A stretch of DNA of 64,000 bases from Escherichia phage HP3. The stretch lies in the sequence record NC_041919.1. The stretch is one strand, 5' to 3'. Shown here in pieces: positions 1 through 8,977 of this stretch. Position 1 is the stretch's first letter. Each line of letters begins with the position of its first letter. Under the pieces are notes generated by a model. That model had not been told where the DNA came from, ran no database searches, and saw only the letters and a program-made list of their open reading frames with translations. The position numbers and the translations under genes are program-made.

Positions 1-54
1 ATTTTTAAAAGCTCGTAAAGCTAAAGTATGTCCTGTTATTGAATATAAGGCTGA

Positions 55-1068
55 ATGATGAAAACAGTAATGAAAAGCTATTTTGGTAGTCATCTTTATG
101 GAACTTCTACCCCAGAATCTGATGTAGATTTTAAAGAAATCTTTGTTCCTCCTGCTCGTGATATTCTTATCGGAAATGTTAAAGAGCACATGAGTAAAAA
201 CACTAACAACACATCATCTAAAAACACTAAAGATGATATTGACCATGAACTATACAGTCTTAAATATTTCTTTAAATTAGCAGCAGATGGTGAAACTGTA
301 GCGTTAGATATGCTTCACACTCCACCTGAACTAGTGGTTAAATCTGATTTGCCTGATGTGTGGAAGTTTATTCAAGACAACCGTTCTCGTTTTTATACGA
401 CTAACATGAAATCCTATTTAGGATATGTCCGTAAGCAAGCTTCTAAATACGGCGTTAAGGGTTCTCGTTTGGCTGCATTACGTGATGTATTGAAAGTAGT
501 TAATCAAATCCCTGAGCAATGGGTTGATTACCAAGAAGATGGTTCTATTAAGCAGCGTCGTACTAAAGTTGAAGATATTAAGCATCGTCTTCCAGAAAAC
601 GAATTCTGTGAATGGGTGTTCCATAATCATGAGAAAACAGGCCCACAGACGTTCTACACAGTGTTGGGTCGTAAATATCAGACAACGCTTTCTCTTATTG
701 AGCTTAAGCAGTCACTGAACAAATTAGATGCTGAATACGGTGAACGTGCTCGTAAGGCCGAAGCCAATGAAGGTATTGACTGGAAAGCTATGAGTCATGC
801 TTGCCGTGGTGGACTCCAACTATTGGAAATTTACAAAACTGGTGACTTGGTTTATCCACTCCAAGATGCTCCATTTATTCTCGACGTGAAGTTGGGTAAA
901 CATCCATTTAAAACGGTTCAAGAGTTTTTGGAAGATGTGGTCGATCAAGTAGAAGCAGCATCTACTGAAGCTTCTAAGAACGGTATGCAGCAAAAAGTAG
1001 ACATGGGTTTTTGGGATGACTTCCTTGAGAGGGTTTATCTTGAAAACCACCGAAGTTATTATAAATGA
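55..1068 (+). CDS. hypothetical protein, nucleotidyltransferase-fold candidate
   Basis: 337-aa ORF; N-terminal GSHLYGTSTPESDVD resembles the G[SG]..D.D minimal nucleotidyltransferase motif; AAGG RBS 6-9 nt upstream; hairpin terminator after stop. Confidence 0.6.
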   Translation: MMKTVMKSYFGSHLYGTSTPESDVDFKEIFVPPARDILIGNVKEHMSKNTNNTSSKNTKDDIDHELYSLKYFFKLAADGETVALDMLHTPPELVVKSDLPDVWKFIQDNRSRFYTTNMKSYLGYVRKQASKYGVKGSRLAALRDVLKVVNQIPEQWVDYQEDGSIKQRRTKVEDIKHRLPENEFCEWVFHNHEKTGPQTFYTVLGRKYQTTLSLIELKQSLNKLDAEYGERARKAEANEGIDWKAMSHACRGGLQLLEIYKTGDLVYPLQDAPFILDVKLGKHPFKTVQEFLEDVVDQVEAASTEASKNGMQQKVDMGFWDDFLERVYLENHRSYYK

Positions 1069-1070
1069 TA

Positions 1071-1098
1071 GGGAGCCTTCGGGCTCCCTTTTTTTATT
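1071..1098 (+). terminator. rho-independent terminator (GGGAGCC-TTCG-GGCTCCC + T8)
   Basis: 7-bp GC stem with UUCG tetraloop followed by T-run, directly after stop at 1068. Confidence 0.75.
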
Positions 1099-1119
1099 TC
1101 AAAAATTTTTCACAAAATT

Positions 1120-1149
1120 GTTTACAAGCATAAAGCTTTATGGTACTAT
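1120..1149 (+). promoter_or_regulatory. T4-type early (sigma70) promoter
   Basis: GTTTAC -35 at 1120-1125, 18-nt spacer, TGGTACTAT -10 at 1144-1149, A/T-rich upstream tract. Confidence 0.7.
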
Positions 1150-1186
1150 ACAACTATCAACTGATACGGATTTGGAGAATAAAATG
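1142..1186 (+). repeat. 45-nt conserved leader cassette (copy 1 of 3)
   Basis: GGTACTATACAACTATCAACTGATACGGATTTGGAGAATAAAATG; near-identical at 28211-28258 and 56072-56116. Confidence 0.85.
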
Positions 1187-2152
1187 AAAACTGTAACTAT
1201 CAATAAGGGTATCTACTTCGGTAAAGAAATCTCTGGAACTTTTGAGCTCTTAGGTGAATGGTTCCCAGATAATGCTCCGGTAGATGCACAAGGAGATGGT
1301 AAAGTTTTTGTTGAAATTGACGGTAAGCGTCGCGGTGTTTGGGTTTACAAATCAGACATTTCATATGATGGTGTAAAAGTTGAAGAAGTTAAAGAATCGT
1401 ATGAAGATATGAAAACCCGCATTAATAAAAGATTTAATGTTATGGGAATGATGACGAATGGTATTATTAACGGAAACATTCGTTCATTAATTATCTCTGG
1501 TGCGGCGGGTATTGGTAAAACGTATTCTTTAGATAAAGCTTTAAATAAAGCAAATGATATTGGATACATTGAATATAAAAGCATTAATGGTAAAATCTCT
1601 GGTATTGGTCTTTATGAGCAGCTTTGGAATAATCGTGAAGAGAATTCTGTACTTTTGATTGATGATGTGGATGTTTTCTCTGATATGGACATTCTTAATC
1701 TTCTGAAAGCTGCTCTGGACACCGGAGAGACCCGCAAAGTCTGCTGGAGCACTGCATCTTCTTACTTAGAAGAAAAAGGCATTGAGCGTGAGTTTGAATT
1801 TAAAGGAACGATTGTTTTTATCACAAACGTTGACATTGACCGCGAATTAGACCGTGGTACTAAACTTGCTCCACATTTACAAGCATTAGTTTCCCGCTCG
1901 GTTTATTTAGATTTGGGTGTTCACACTAATGAAGAAATTATGGTCAGGGTTGAAGATGTTATTCTTTCAACTGACATGATGCAAAAACGCGGTCTTTCTG
2001 ATGAAGAAACTTATAAAGCATTATCATGGATGAAAGTCAATGTTAATCGTTTACGCAATGTTTCACTGCGTACTGCACTTTATCTTGCTGACTTTATTAT
2101 GACCGACAAAAACGGTTGGGAAGAAATCGCTGAGGTTACTCTTCTGAAATAA
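1184..2152 (+). CDS. P-loop NTPase (AAA-like), hypothetical
   Basis: ATG at 1184 with GGAG RBS (track ORF 1016 is an upstream extension through the promoter); Walker A GAAGIGKT and Walker B LLIDDVD. Confidence 0.7.
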   Translation: MKTVTINKGIYFGKEISGTFELLGEWFPDNAPVDAQGDGKVFVEIDGKRRGVWVYKSDISYDGVKVEEVKESYEDMKTRINKRFNVMGMMTNGIINGNIRSLIISGAAGIGKTYSLDKALNKANDIGYIEYKSINGKISGIGLYEQLWNNREENSVLLIDDVDVFSDMDILNLLKAALDTGETRKVCWSTASSYLEEKGIEREFEFKGTIVFITNVDIDRELDRGTKLAPHLQALVSRSVYLDLGVHTNEEIMVRVEDVILSTDMMQKRGLSDEETYKALSWMKVNVNRLRNVSLRTALYLADFIMTDKNGWEEIAEVTLLK

Positions 2153-2253
2153 TTCATAAGAGGCCTTCTATGACAAAAAGGCAGTTCAGAAATAGATTAT
2201 ATGGACTGCCATCAAAAAGATGATTAGAATTAAACTGGTAAATGGAGGTAGTG

Positions 2254-2556
2254 ATGTTATACTCAAAGGCTCGTGAAATTTACGAAACTAAAATTAAAGA
2301 CGCGGTTCATCAGTTCGCAACGACAATGCGTTGGACAAATGACTGGGAATACTCCAAGAATCATAAGAAGCCCTTGGTGACAAGAAAGGCTCATATGTTA
2401 GTGTTAATAGACCGTGAGCAGATTAAAGCCCGAGAAGCCCTCCAGAATCATAAAAAGGCTGCCTTTGAATGGTTTATGGATAACACTGCTCCTGAGACTA
2501 AGAAAGCGGTAAGCGCATGGTTCAGTGGAAAAAATTGTGAAAGAAGTTTCTTTTAG
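2254..2556 (+). CDS. hypothetical protein (100 aa)
   Basis: second ATG of track ORF 2242, preceded by GGAGGT RBS. Confidence 0.5.
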   Translation: MLYSKAREIYETKIKDAVHQFATTMRWTNDWEYSKNHKKPLVTRKAHMLVLIDREQIKAREALQNHKKAAFEWFMDNTAPETKKAVSAWFSGKNCERSFF

Positions 2557-2558
2557 TG

Positions 2559-2588
2559 GTTTACAAGACTGTTCCTCTGTGGTACTAT
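2559..2588 (+). promoter_or_regulatory. T4-type early promoter within stem-loop cassette
   Basis: GTTTAC 2559-2564, TACTAT 2583-2588; inverted repeat TGTTCCTC (2570-2577) / GAGGAACA (2605-2612) brackets the -10. Confidence 0.65.
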
Positions 2589-2616
2589 ACAACTATCAAC
2601 TACGGAGGAACACAAA

Positions 2617-3144
2617 ATGAACGCTAAAGATATTTTCAACCTGGTAAATTACAACGATGGTAAATTTAAATCTGAAGCACAAAGCAAGTTCTTTAATGAC
2701 ATCTCAATCGGAGGTGAAATCACGGTTGACGGAGGACAAATTTACAAATCTCGTTGGAATTGGATCGTTATTATCGATGAGATTGGTATTGTAGAAATTT
2801 ACAAGAATACGAATAAAAATCGTACATTACACTGGTCTCGTGATACTAACGAACAGTACAAAAAGGATAAAGCATCTAAATTATCTCGTGTAACTCAAGA
2901 AGATATTGAGTTCATCAAGAAAGATATTTTGATGTATGATAACTTAATTGCTGAAGAGCAAGCTGTTATTGATAAATTTGATGAGATTAAAGCTTCTCGT
3001 GAAATTCCTGATTTTATGAAAGAATCAGTAAATGAACGATACACTCTCATTTCAGAGCGTATTGAAACTTACAAAAAGCAAAGAGCTGAACGCCAAAATA
3101 CTCTTCGGAAGTTTGAAGAACGGTTAAAGACGGTACTCGCATAA
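2617..3144 (+). CDS. hypothetical protein (175 aa)
   Basis: ORF with GGAGGAAC RBS upstream. Confidence 0.6.
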   Translation: MNAKDIFNLVNYNDGKFKSEAQSKFFNDISIGGEITVDGGQIYKSRWNWIVIIDEIGIVEIYKNTNKNRTLHWSRDTNEQYKKDKASKLSRVTQEDIEFIKKDILMYDNLIAEEQAVIDKFDEIKASREIPDFMKESVNERYTLISERIETYKKQRAERQNTLRKFEERLKTVLA

Positions 3145-3199
3145 CCGCTTTATACCAAGGATGGTATAATGGTTCTAAGCCCTTTTAATTGAGATTATT

Positions 3200-3607
3200 A
3201 TGAAACAGTTGATAATTAAAAGATTGAATTTATTGATATGTTGTTTATGTGTAGTAGTTGCATATGGTTATTACGCAATTAATGATTATATGCATTATAA
3301 AGATTATGATGTTACTGTAGTTAATACCTTTACAGGAACTCAAGGAAAGGGGTCTAGTTTATCGTTTATTGCTGTATATGAACTCAAAGACGGTTATAGA
3401 TTTAGCGAATATATTTCACCAGAGATGTATTCATCAATAGAAAAAGGCGATAATATTACTGTAAGTTTACGTCCTTTCGACGTAAAACAGACATTGTTTG
3501 ATAATATTGTTTGGTTCTTTGGAATGGTATTAGTTCAATCTGTGTGTGGTGCTTATATAGTCTGTTCCATCTTATTCTGTATATTTAGTAAAATTGAAAT
3601 TGAGTGA
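3200..3607 (+). CDS. hypothetical membrane protein (135 aa)
   Basis: ORF with hydrophobic N- and C-terminal segments. Confidence 0.5.
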   Translation: MKQLIIKRLNLLICCLCVVVAYGYYAINDYMHYKDYDVTVVNTFTGTQGKGSSLSFIAVYELKDGYRFSEYISPEMYSSIEKGDNITVSLRPFDVKQTLFDNIVWFFGMVLVQSVCGAYIVCSILFCIFSKIEIE

Positions 3608-3614
3608 GGAAAAT

Positions 3615-4502
3615 ATGTCAGTAGTAATTAATAATGTCAATGCAGTAATTAAATCTTTAGTTAATAAAAAATTGAATGAATGGACTGTACTTCGTCGTGG
3701 AGAGCCAGATAAATTTTTTCATAGATTTAACCCAACTTTGGATTTGAATGTTATTGACAGAGATGTTCATGCTGAAATTTTAGATAAATTTAAAGTTGAT
3801 ATTGGGTTTGGATTAGATAAACATTTACAACGAACAAACGGGTCTGGAATGGGTTTATCTAATCGCATCATGAAAGCCCTTAATAAAATTGGAGCGTTGT
3901 CTCGTATTAATGCGAGTGAAATCCTTCGCAATTATAATAAAGGATATGACCTTTATGGTCGATTAATGCCGAAATTATCATTTGACCAAATGATCGCAGA
4001 TTTGTGGGAAAATCAACGACGATTATTAGCATTAGGCGCTCGATTAGCTAAAGGTCTAGATAAACAAATGATTTTTAAGACCAATAATACAGAAGACCTT
4101 AAATGCTTTAAATTTAGTATTCGTGGCGATGATTATTATATCAGAGCTCACTCTACAGATTATGTTAATATGGGGCATCATCTCTGTTTAGCTTTTGAAG
4201 TTTTAAAAGAAGCCGGAACATTAGAATATTCATCTGGTGCAAAATGCCCTATTGGTTCAAGTTGTATTTTAATTTATCGCCCGGATGAATCCAGTTCAAC
4301 TAAATTGCCTACAAAACCTGTACCAGTTCGTAGTAATGAAAAACATTCTGAGCAAATTGATTATTTTAATAAGCAAATTGAAGAGCTGAATATTTCTATT
4401 CAACAATATGATGATGAAATTTTCAGACTATCTGGACTGAGTAGTAAAGCTAAATCTGAGCGTGAAAAGTTAATTAAAATTATCGATTTACTTAAATCTT
4501 AA
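3615..4502 (+). CDS. hypothetical protein, coiled-coil C-terminus (paralog family member)
   Basis: ATG 3615 after GAGGAAAATATG; track ORF 3594 starts at an upstream TTG. Confidence 0.6.
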   Translation: MSVVINNVNAVIKSLVNKKLNEWTVLRRGEPDKFFHRFNPTLDLNVIDRDVHAEILDKFKVDIGFGLDKHLQRTNGSGMGLSNRIMKALNKIGALSRINASEILRNYNKGYDLYGRLMPKLSFDQMIADLWENQRRLLALGARLAKGLDKQMIFKTNNTEDLKCFKFSIRGDDYYIRAHSTDYVNMGHHLCLAFEVLKEAGTLEYSSGAKCPIGSSCILIYRPDESSSTKLPTKPVPVRSNEKHSEQIDYFNKQIEELNISIQQYDDEIFRLSGLSSKAKSEREKLIKIIDLLKS

Positions 4503-4510
4503 GGAACACC

Positions 4511-5533
4511 ATGAAAACTCGTTCTCAAATTGAAGATATGGTTCGTAATGCCAGCTATACTCGTGATGCTATGACATTTTTGTGCGAAAATAATTTAGAC
4601 CTTGGTAAAGTTAATTGTTCCATTCACGCCTTTAAACATCTGAACAGCAGTGAATGGGTGCGTAATTTTAATGAAGCTGGGTATATTACTCAAATGACTG
4701 CTCGTGAACAGCTCACCGATTTCTGTAAAACTATTGATTATAAAAATCCTCTATTTGTTCAAGGTGTTGGTCAGAGTAAGGTCGATTTATCATCTGGATT
4801 TTTCAATCCAAATCATTATCGTATTGAATGGAGATTTATTGCTCTATTCCGTAAACAATTAAAGCAAATTTTGTCTACTGCTAGTCGATTAAAAGGTTCT
4901 GATATTAACTTAAAGAATCTGAAATTTGATGGTTATACTCTTCAGATGGAAGTAAGACCATTAAAAGAAAATAACAGAACTGCACGAATTAGCTTTAAAC
5001 CTAATACAAAAAATTCTCTTTCAATTTGTGAATGCCTTAAATCACAGTTGACAGAAGCATTTAAGTATATGGATGTAGTTGCCGCGGTTCAGTCTAAGAT
5101 TTTACCTCATTTTGAGCGAAATTGGGAACATACAACAACGTATGAACTTGATATGATCGTTTCATTTAAATACGATTTTTTGAGAAAGGACGAAGTCCCG
5201 CAAGAGAAAAAGCAGGAAGTGCAAGATATCTTAAATTTATCCAATTACTCATCAAACGATCCTAAATTTTGGATGTATAGTTCAGGTAATAAAGATACAT
5301 GGAAATTCAATAAAGTGAATTTTCTTCCTGTTGAAAATCCGAGTCTTAAACCTGTTGAAAAATGGCACGCGGATGCGATTGAGAAGTCTATCAAGGCAGT
5401 AGATGATGAACTCGTTAAAGCAACTAATGAAGTGTTAGAAGCTGAAAAGATGCTAGAAAAAGCTCAAGAAAAAGTCAAAAATCTTACGAAGCAACGTTCT
5501 AAACTGAACAACGCACTAAATGCACTAAACTAG
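4511..5533 (+). CDS. hypothetical protein, paralog family (340 aa)
   Basis: shares WRFIALFRKQLKQILSTASRL-type motif with the next ORF; coiled-coil C-terminus. Confidence 0.6.
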   Translation: MKTRSQIEDMVRNASYTRDAMTFLCENNLDLGKVNCSIHAFKHLNSSEWVRNFNEAGYITQMTAREQLTDFCKTIDYKNPLFVQGVGQSKVDLSSGFFNPNHYRIEWRFIALFRKQLKQILSTASRLKGSDINLKNLKFDGYTLQMEVRPLKENNRTARISFKPNTKNSLSICECLKSQLTEAFKYMDVVAAVQSKILPHFERNWEHTTTYELDMIVSFKYDFLRKDEVPQEKKQEVQDILNLSNYSSNDPKFWMYSSGNKDTWKFNKVNFLPVENPSLKPVEKWHADAIEKSIKAVDDELVKATNEVLEAEKMLEKAQEKVKNLTKQRSKLNNALNALN

Positions 5534-5562
5534 TTTACTTTGCCACAAGGATGTGGTATAAT
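5533..5562 (+). promoter_or_regulatory. T4-type early promoter
   Basis: GTTTAC 5533-5538, TATAAT 5557-5562; CCACA..TGTGG inverted repeat in spacer; near-identical to promoter at 51770. Confidence 0.65.
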
Positions 5563-5590
5563 GTTCTTACTTTCTACTGAGGAGATTAAT

Positions 5591-6592
5591 ATGACTCGTA
5601 ACGAATATATCAAATCATTCAATAGCGTTATTGATGATAAAGTTAAACCTGTGTTTAGTCAGAATAGTGTTATTTCCATTATCAATCAATGGCTCAATAA
5701 TATTGATGCAAGTATTGTTTCTTCAAGCAAATTTATTCATGAAGTTCATAAAATTTCTAGTCGCGAATATAAAGATGATATTAAGGAAACTTTTAAAGGT
5801 TCTCGTCTTCTTTCATATTTAGTTAATCAAGATATTCTTGGTAAATTTGGGAAAGAAATTAAACGAACTAAAGATGTAGTAGGATACAGTTGGTTCGGTG
5901 ATGTTAATTCTTATCATCTTAATAATAAAGAAGACCCTGAGAATATTTTTACTCGTCGTTGGATTAGTAATTTTAGACTTTTCAAGAAGCAAATTCTAAA
6001 ATCAGCTTCTAAATTATGCTATGGTGATTATCGTCAAATCCATCCTTGGGCTTCTGATATGATTATCATAAAAGAATATGAGCTTGATAAAAATAAAGCA
6101 GCTATTTTTGTGAATTATGAATTTTTTACACCAGAAGCTAATCAAAAGAACATTAATAAATTTTTCTCAATTGCTAGCGATATAACTCGTCAGTTAGAGA
6201 CCGCATTACTTTGTATGGAAACAGTAGAAAATATTCATACTTATCCTTTTAAGAATATATGCGGTTGGGAAGGATATAAAATTGTAGTTAGTCTCCGTGA
6301 AGTAAAGTGTGCGTACTCACCGACTGATAAAGAAATTTACCAACAAAAATGTGATGAAATTGTGAATACTCCTAAAGAAGAAACTACCCTTGAGGAACTA
6401 ATGGAATGTCTTGACGATTCGCCTGAACCAGTAGAAATTCGTCCAGAAGTTATTGCACTAGAAAAAGCTTATAAAGAAGTTCTAGAAATTTCTAATAAAG
6501 CGCAGAAAGAATATGAGCAGGCTAAAAAGATTTGGGAAGAATCCGTTAATCGTCTTGATCGTCTTGAACAAGCTTTACAGTTAATTAAGTAA
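5591..6592 (+). CDS. hypothetical protein, paralog family (333 aa)
   Basis: ATG 5591 after GAGGAGATTAAT; track ORF 5540 start lies inside the promoter. Confidence 0.6.
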   Translation: MTRNEYIKSFNSVIDDKVKPVFSQNSVISIINQWLNNIDASIVSSSKFIHEVHKISSREYKDDIKETFKGSRLLSYLVNQDILGKFGKEIKRTKDVVGYSWFGDVNSYHLNNKEDPENIFTRRWISNFRLFKKQILKSASKLCYGDYRQIHPWASDMIIIKEYELDKNKAAIFVNYEFFTPEANQKNINKFFSIASDITRQLETALLCMETVENIHTYPFKNICGWEGYKIVVSLREVKCAYSPTDKEIYQQKCDEIVNTPKEETTLEELMECLDDSPEPVEIRPEVIALEKAYKEVLEISNKAQKEYEQAKKIWEESVNRLDRLEQALQLIK

Positions 6593-6644
6593 TTTAAAGC
6601 CAAGGATGGCTCGGAGTATAAACCATTAACCAAGTGAGAAGAAT

Positions 6645-7574
6645 ATGAAAACTCGTAAACATTATATTGATTATTTTGACAGTCTTATTACTAAACACCG
6701 TAATTATCAGATCGGGCACAGAGCAGTAATCAATAATATTCTTCGTGATTTCCTTCAATATGTTGGTCAGGAAAATCATATCTGTAAAGATACTCAAAAC
6801 GCTTATTCTCATTCGTTAGGCAATTTGCTTGAATGGTTTAAACGTTCTCGTATGTTATCTTCTACTGTAGCTCATGAGAACATTAAAAACTTTATGAAGC
6901 CGAGCTTCATTAAATCTGAGACATCTATAACCGATTTGGTTGAATTTACTATTGTTAATGATGTTAAAAAGACTCATTTGGCTGATTGGTTTTCTACCAT
7001 TCCTGAAACTAAATTTGCTGATAAATTTGCTTGTCAATTCAATGACCAAGTGAATATGCTTTTTAAGCATGCTCGCAAACTATTTACCGCGGGCGATGAC
7101 CGTACAAATACAGTTCATGTTAAGGACTGGGTTATTGCTGATGAAGTAACACACAAGCCAGGTGGTTCATCAGTATTAATTAATATCCAGGTTCCTTATT
7201 ATTACTCACGTAATCTTGGCACCATGACAGCTAAAGAAATTAATAAGCACAACAAAACTATTCGTTCGTTGTCTTATAAACTCCGCATGATGTTAAAAAT
7301 TATGGACGTAGTGGAAATGTATGACGAAACCGAAGATAATGGTTCAATGTTATACAGTTCACGCATTCTAATTAAACTGAAGAACCCTAATACATATAAG
7401 ACAGTTGTAAAAGAGCCTAAAGTAGAAAAGGTTGATAATCTGAGTGAAGAACGTGAATATCTCAATGCCCGTTTGATTGAAGTTGAAGCCCAAATTGCAG
7501 AACACACCAAATTGTTAAAAGCTCTTAATGCAAAAGCAAATGGTTTACGTAATGCTATTGAGGTATTGAAATGA
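6645..7574 (+). CDS. hypothetical protein, coiled-coil C-terminus (309 aa)
   Basis: ORF, similar architecture to the three upstream ORFs. Confidence 0.6.
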   Translation: MKTRKHYIDYFDSLITKHRNYQIGHRAVINNILRDFLQYVGQENHICKDTQNAYSHSLGNLLEWFKRSRMLSSTVAHENIKNFMKPSFIKSETSITDLVEFTIVNDVKKTHLADWFSTIPETKFADKFACQFNDQVNMLFKHARKLFTAGDDRTNTVHVKDWVIADEVTHKPGGSSVLINIQVPYYYSRNLGTMTAKEINKHNKTIRSLSYKLRMMLKIMDVVEMYDETEDNGSMLYSSRILIKLKNPNTYKTVVKEPKVEKVDNLSEEREYLNARLIEVEAQIAEHTKLLKALNAKANGLRNAIEVLK

Positions 7575-7960
7575 AAAAGCGTTTATTAGAAGACATTGCA
7601 GCTTCAAGTAATTCCAGTTTAATTAAAATTATTATGGCTGGTGAGGAAGATGATATGGAAATGCGTGGAAAGATTCACGGCTGCGACGATTTAGATTTTA
7701 AACCTCCAGCATGGGATGCTATTATGGCTATGGTTGAACGACGTGAAAGAGCTTCTAAAAACGTTCCTAATTGCCCTGAATGCGGTACTGAACAAGTTCA
7801 GTTGATTAACTGGCGTAAACCAGAGCTTGAATATAAATGCCGTCAATGTAAACATAAATTCAGTAAGCATGCTCCGGAAATGGTTAAATTGCCTGACTCT
7901 ACTGAGTTCTTTAAAGAACTTGTGAGTGTTCAACCAATGCCTAATAATATTTTGGATTAA
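7571..7960 (+). CDS. hypothetical zinc-ribbon protein (129 aa)
   Basis: CPECG...CRQCKH Cys pairs; ATGA overlap with upstream stop. Confidence 0.55.
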   Translation: MKKRLLEDIAASSNSSLIKIIMAGEEDDMEMRGKIHGCDDLDFKPPAWDAIMAMVERRERASKNVPNCPECGTEQVQLINWRKPELEYKCRQCKHKFSKHAPEMVKLPDSTEFFKELVSVQPMPNNILD

Positions 7961-7962
7961 AA

Positions 7963-8205
7963 ATGACCAAGCGTAAAGAATATATGGAGGCTGCTGAAAA
8001 GGCAGTCCGTGAATTAGCAATAGCTTATTATAATGAACACGGTAAATTTCCTGATAGATACAGCGTGCTTAAATCTGCTTTAACTCGTTCATATAAAAAT
8101 ATGCTATCAGAAGTAAGTGATATTATATACAAACATAAAGAACAAACGGGCCAAAGTCTTGATTACGACGAGACTTTTAAACAAGTACTAGGAATTAAGG
8201 AATAA
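7963..8205 (+). CDS. hypothetical protein (80 aa)
   Basis: ORF tightly packed between neighbours. Confidence 0.5.
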   Translation: MTKRKEYMEAAEKAVRELAIAYYNEHGKFPDRYSVLKSALTRSYKNMLSEVSDIIYKHKEQTGQSLDYDETFKQVLGIKE

Positions 8206-8206
8206 T

Positions 8207-8470
8207 ATGTTTAAAGTATATGGTTATGATAGCAACATTCATAAATGCGTGTATTGCGATAATGCAAAACGTCTTTTGACTGTGAAGAAACAGCCGTTTG
8301 AATTTATCAACATTATGCCGGAAAAAGGTGTTTTTGATGATGAGAAAATCGCTGAGCTTCTGACTAAACTAGGTCGTGATACTCAAATCGGCTTGACAAT
8401 GCCTCAGGTATTTGCTCCTGATGGAAGTCATATTGGTGGATTTGACCAACTGCGAGAATATTTTAAATGA
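8207..8470 (+). CDS. nrdC: phage thioredoxin/glutaredoxin NrdC
   Basis: 87 aa, MFKVYGYDSNIHKCVYCDNAKRLL with CxxC; matches remembered T4 NrdC sequence and length. Confidence 0.9.
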   Translation: MFKVYGYDSNIHKCVYCDNAKRLLTVKKQPFEFINIMPEKGVFDDEKIAELLTKLGRDTQIGLTMPQVFAPDGSHIGGFDQLREYFK

Positions 8471-8682
8471 TGCTCGAAGGAACTGACTATATTCATGATT
8501 ACCGCGGAAGCGCGGTATATGTAGGTGATGAAGTTGCAGTTTATTATGGGTATGGAACTTTGATGACAGCCAAGGTTATTCAAATTAAAAATAATCGTGC
8601 TAAACTCGAAGTTTATTATTCTAATGGCGAAAAGTCTATTTCTAAGTGGAAATACGGCGATTGCATGGTCAAACTGGGGTAA
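8467..8682 (+). CDS. hypothetical protein (71 aa)
   Basis: ORF with ATGA overlap with nrdC stop. Confidence 0.5.
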   Translation: MMLEGTDYIHDYRGSAVYVGDEVAVYYGYGTLMTAKVIQIKNNRAKLEVYYSNGEKSISKWKYGDCMVKLG

Positions 8683-8684
8683 AT

Positions 8685-8855
8685 ATGATTTACGATATTA
8701 ATGTATCACGAGCTCCGTCAATGGTTACTATTCCAGCCGAAGAACTAGATCGTCTTCAGAAAATTGAAGAACTTCTTTGGGAAATTGAATGTGACCTGCC
8801 ATCAGGACTAGAATCTTGGATTGATTATGAAGAACTTAATAAGCTTCGGGGTTAA
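8685..8855 (+). CDS. hypothetical protein (56 aa)
   Basis: ATG 8685 (internal Met of track ORF 8646) after GGGGTAAAT. Confidence 0.4.
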   Translation: MIYDINVSRAPSMVTIPAEELDRLQKIEELLWEIECDLPSGLESWIDYEELNKLRG

Positions 8856-8977
8856 ACCTTGGTGGGCGGCTAGATGGGAAACTGTAGAGCCAGAGCCGGA
8901 AGAACCGGTTTACACTGATGAAGAAACAATATATAATGAACCAACGATAAATGACTTAATTGATATGGAGATGGGAC

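Noticed and set aside
1016-1183. Upstream part of track ORF 1016..2152
   Set aside because: Runs through the terminator and promoter (translated as junk) and overlaps the previous gene; the ATG at 1184 with a GGAG RBS is the credible start.
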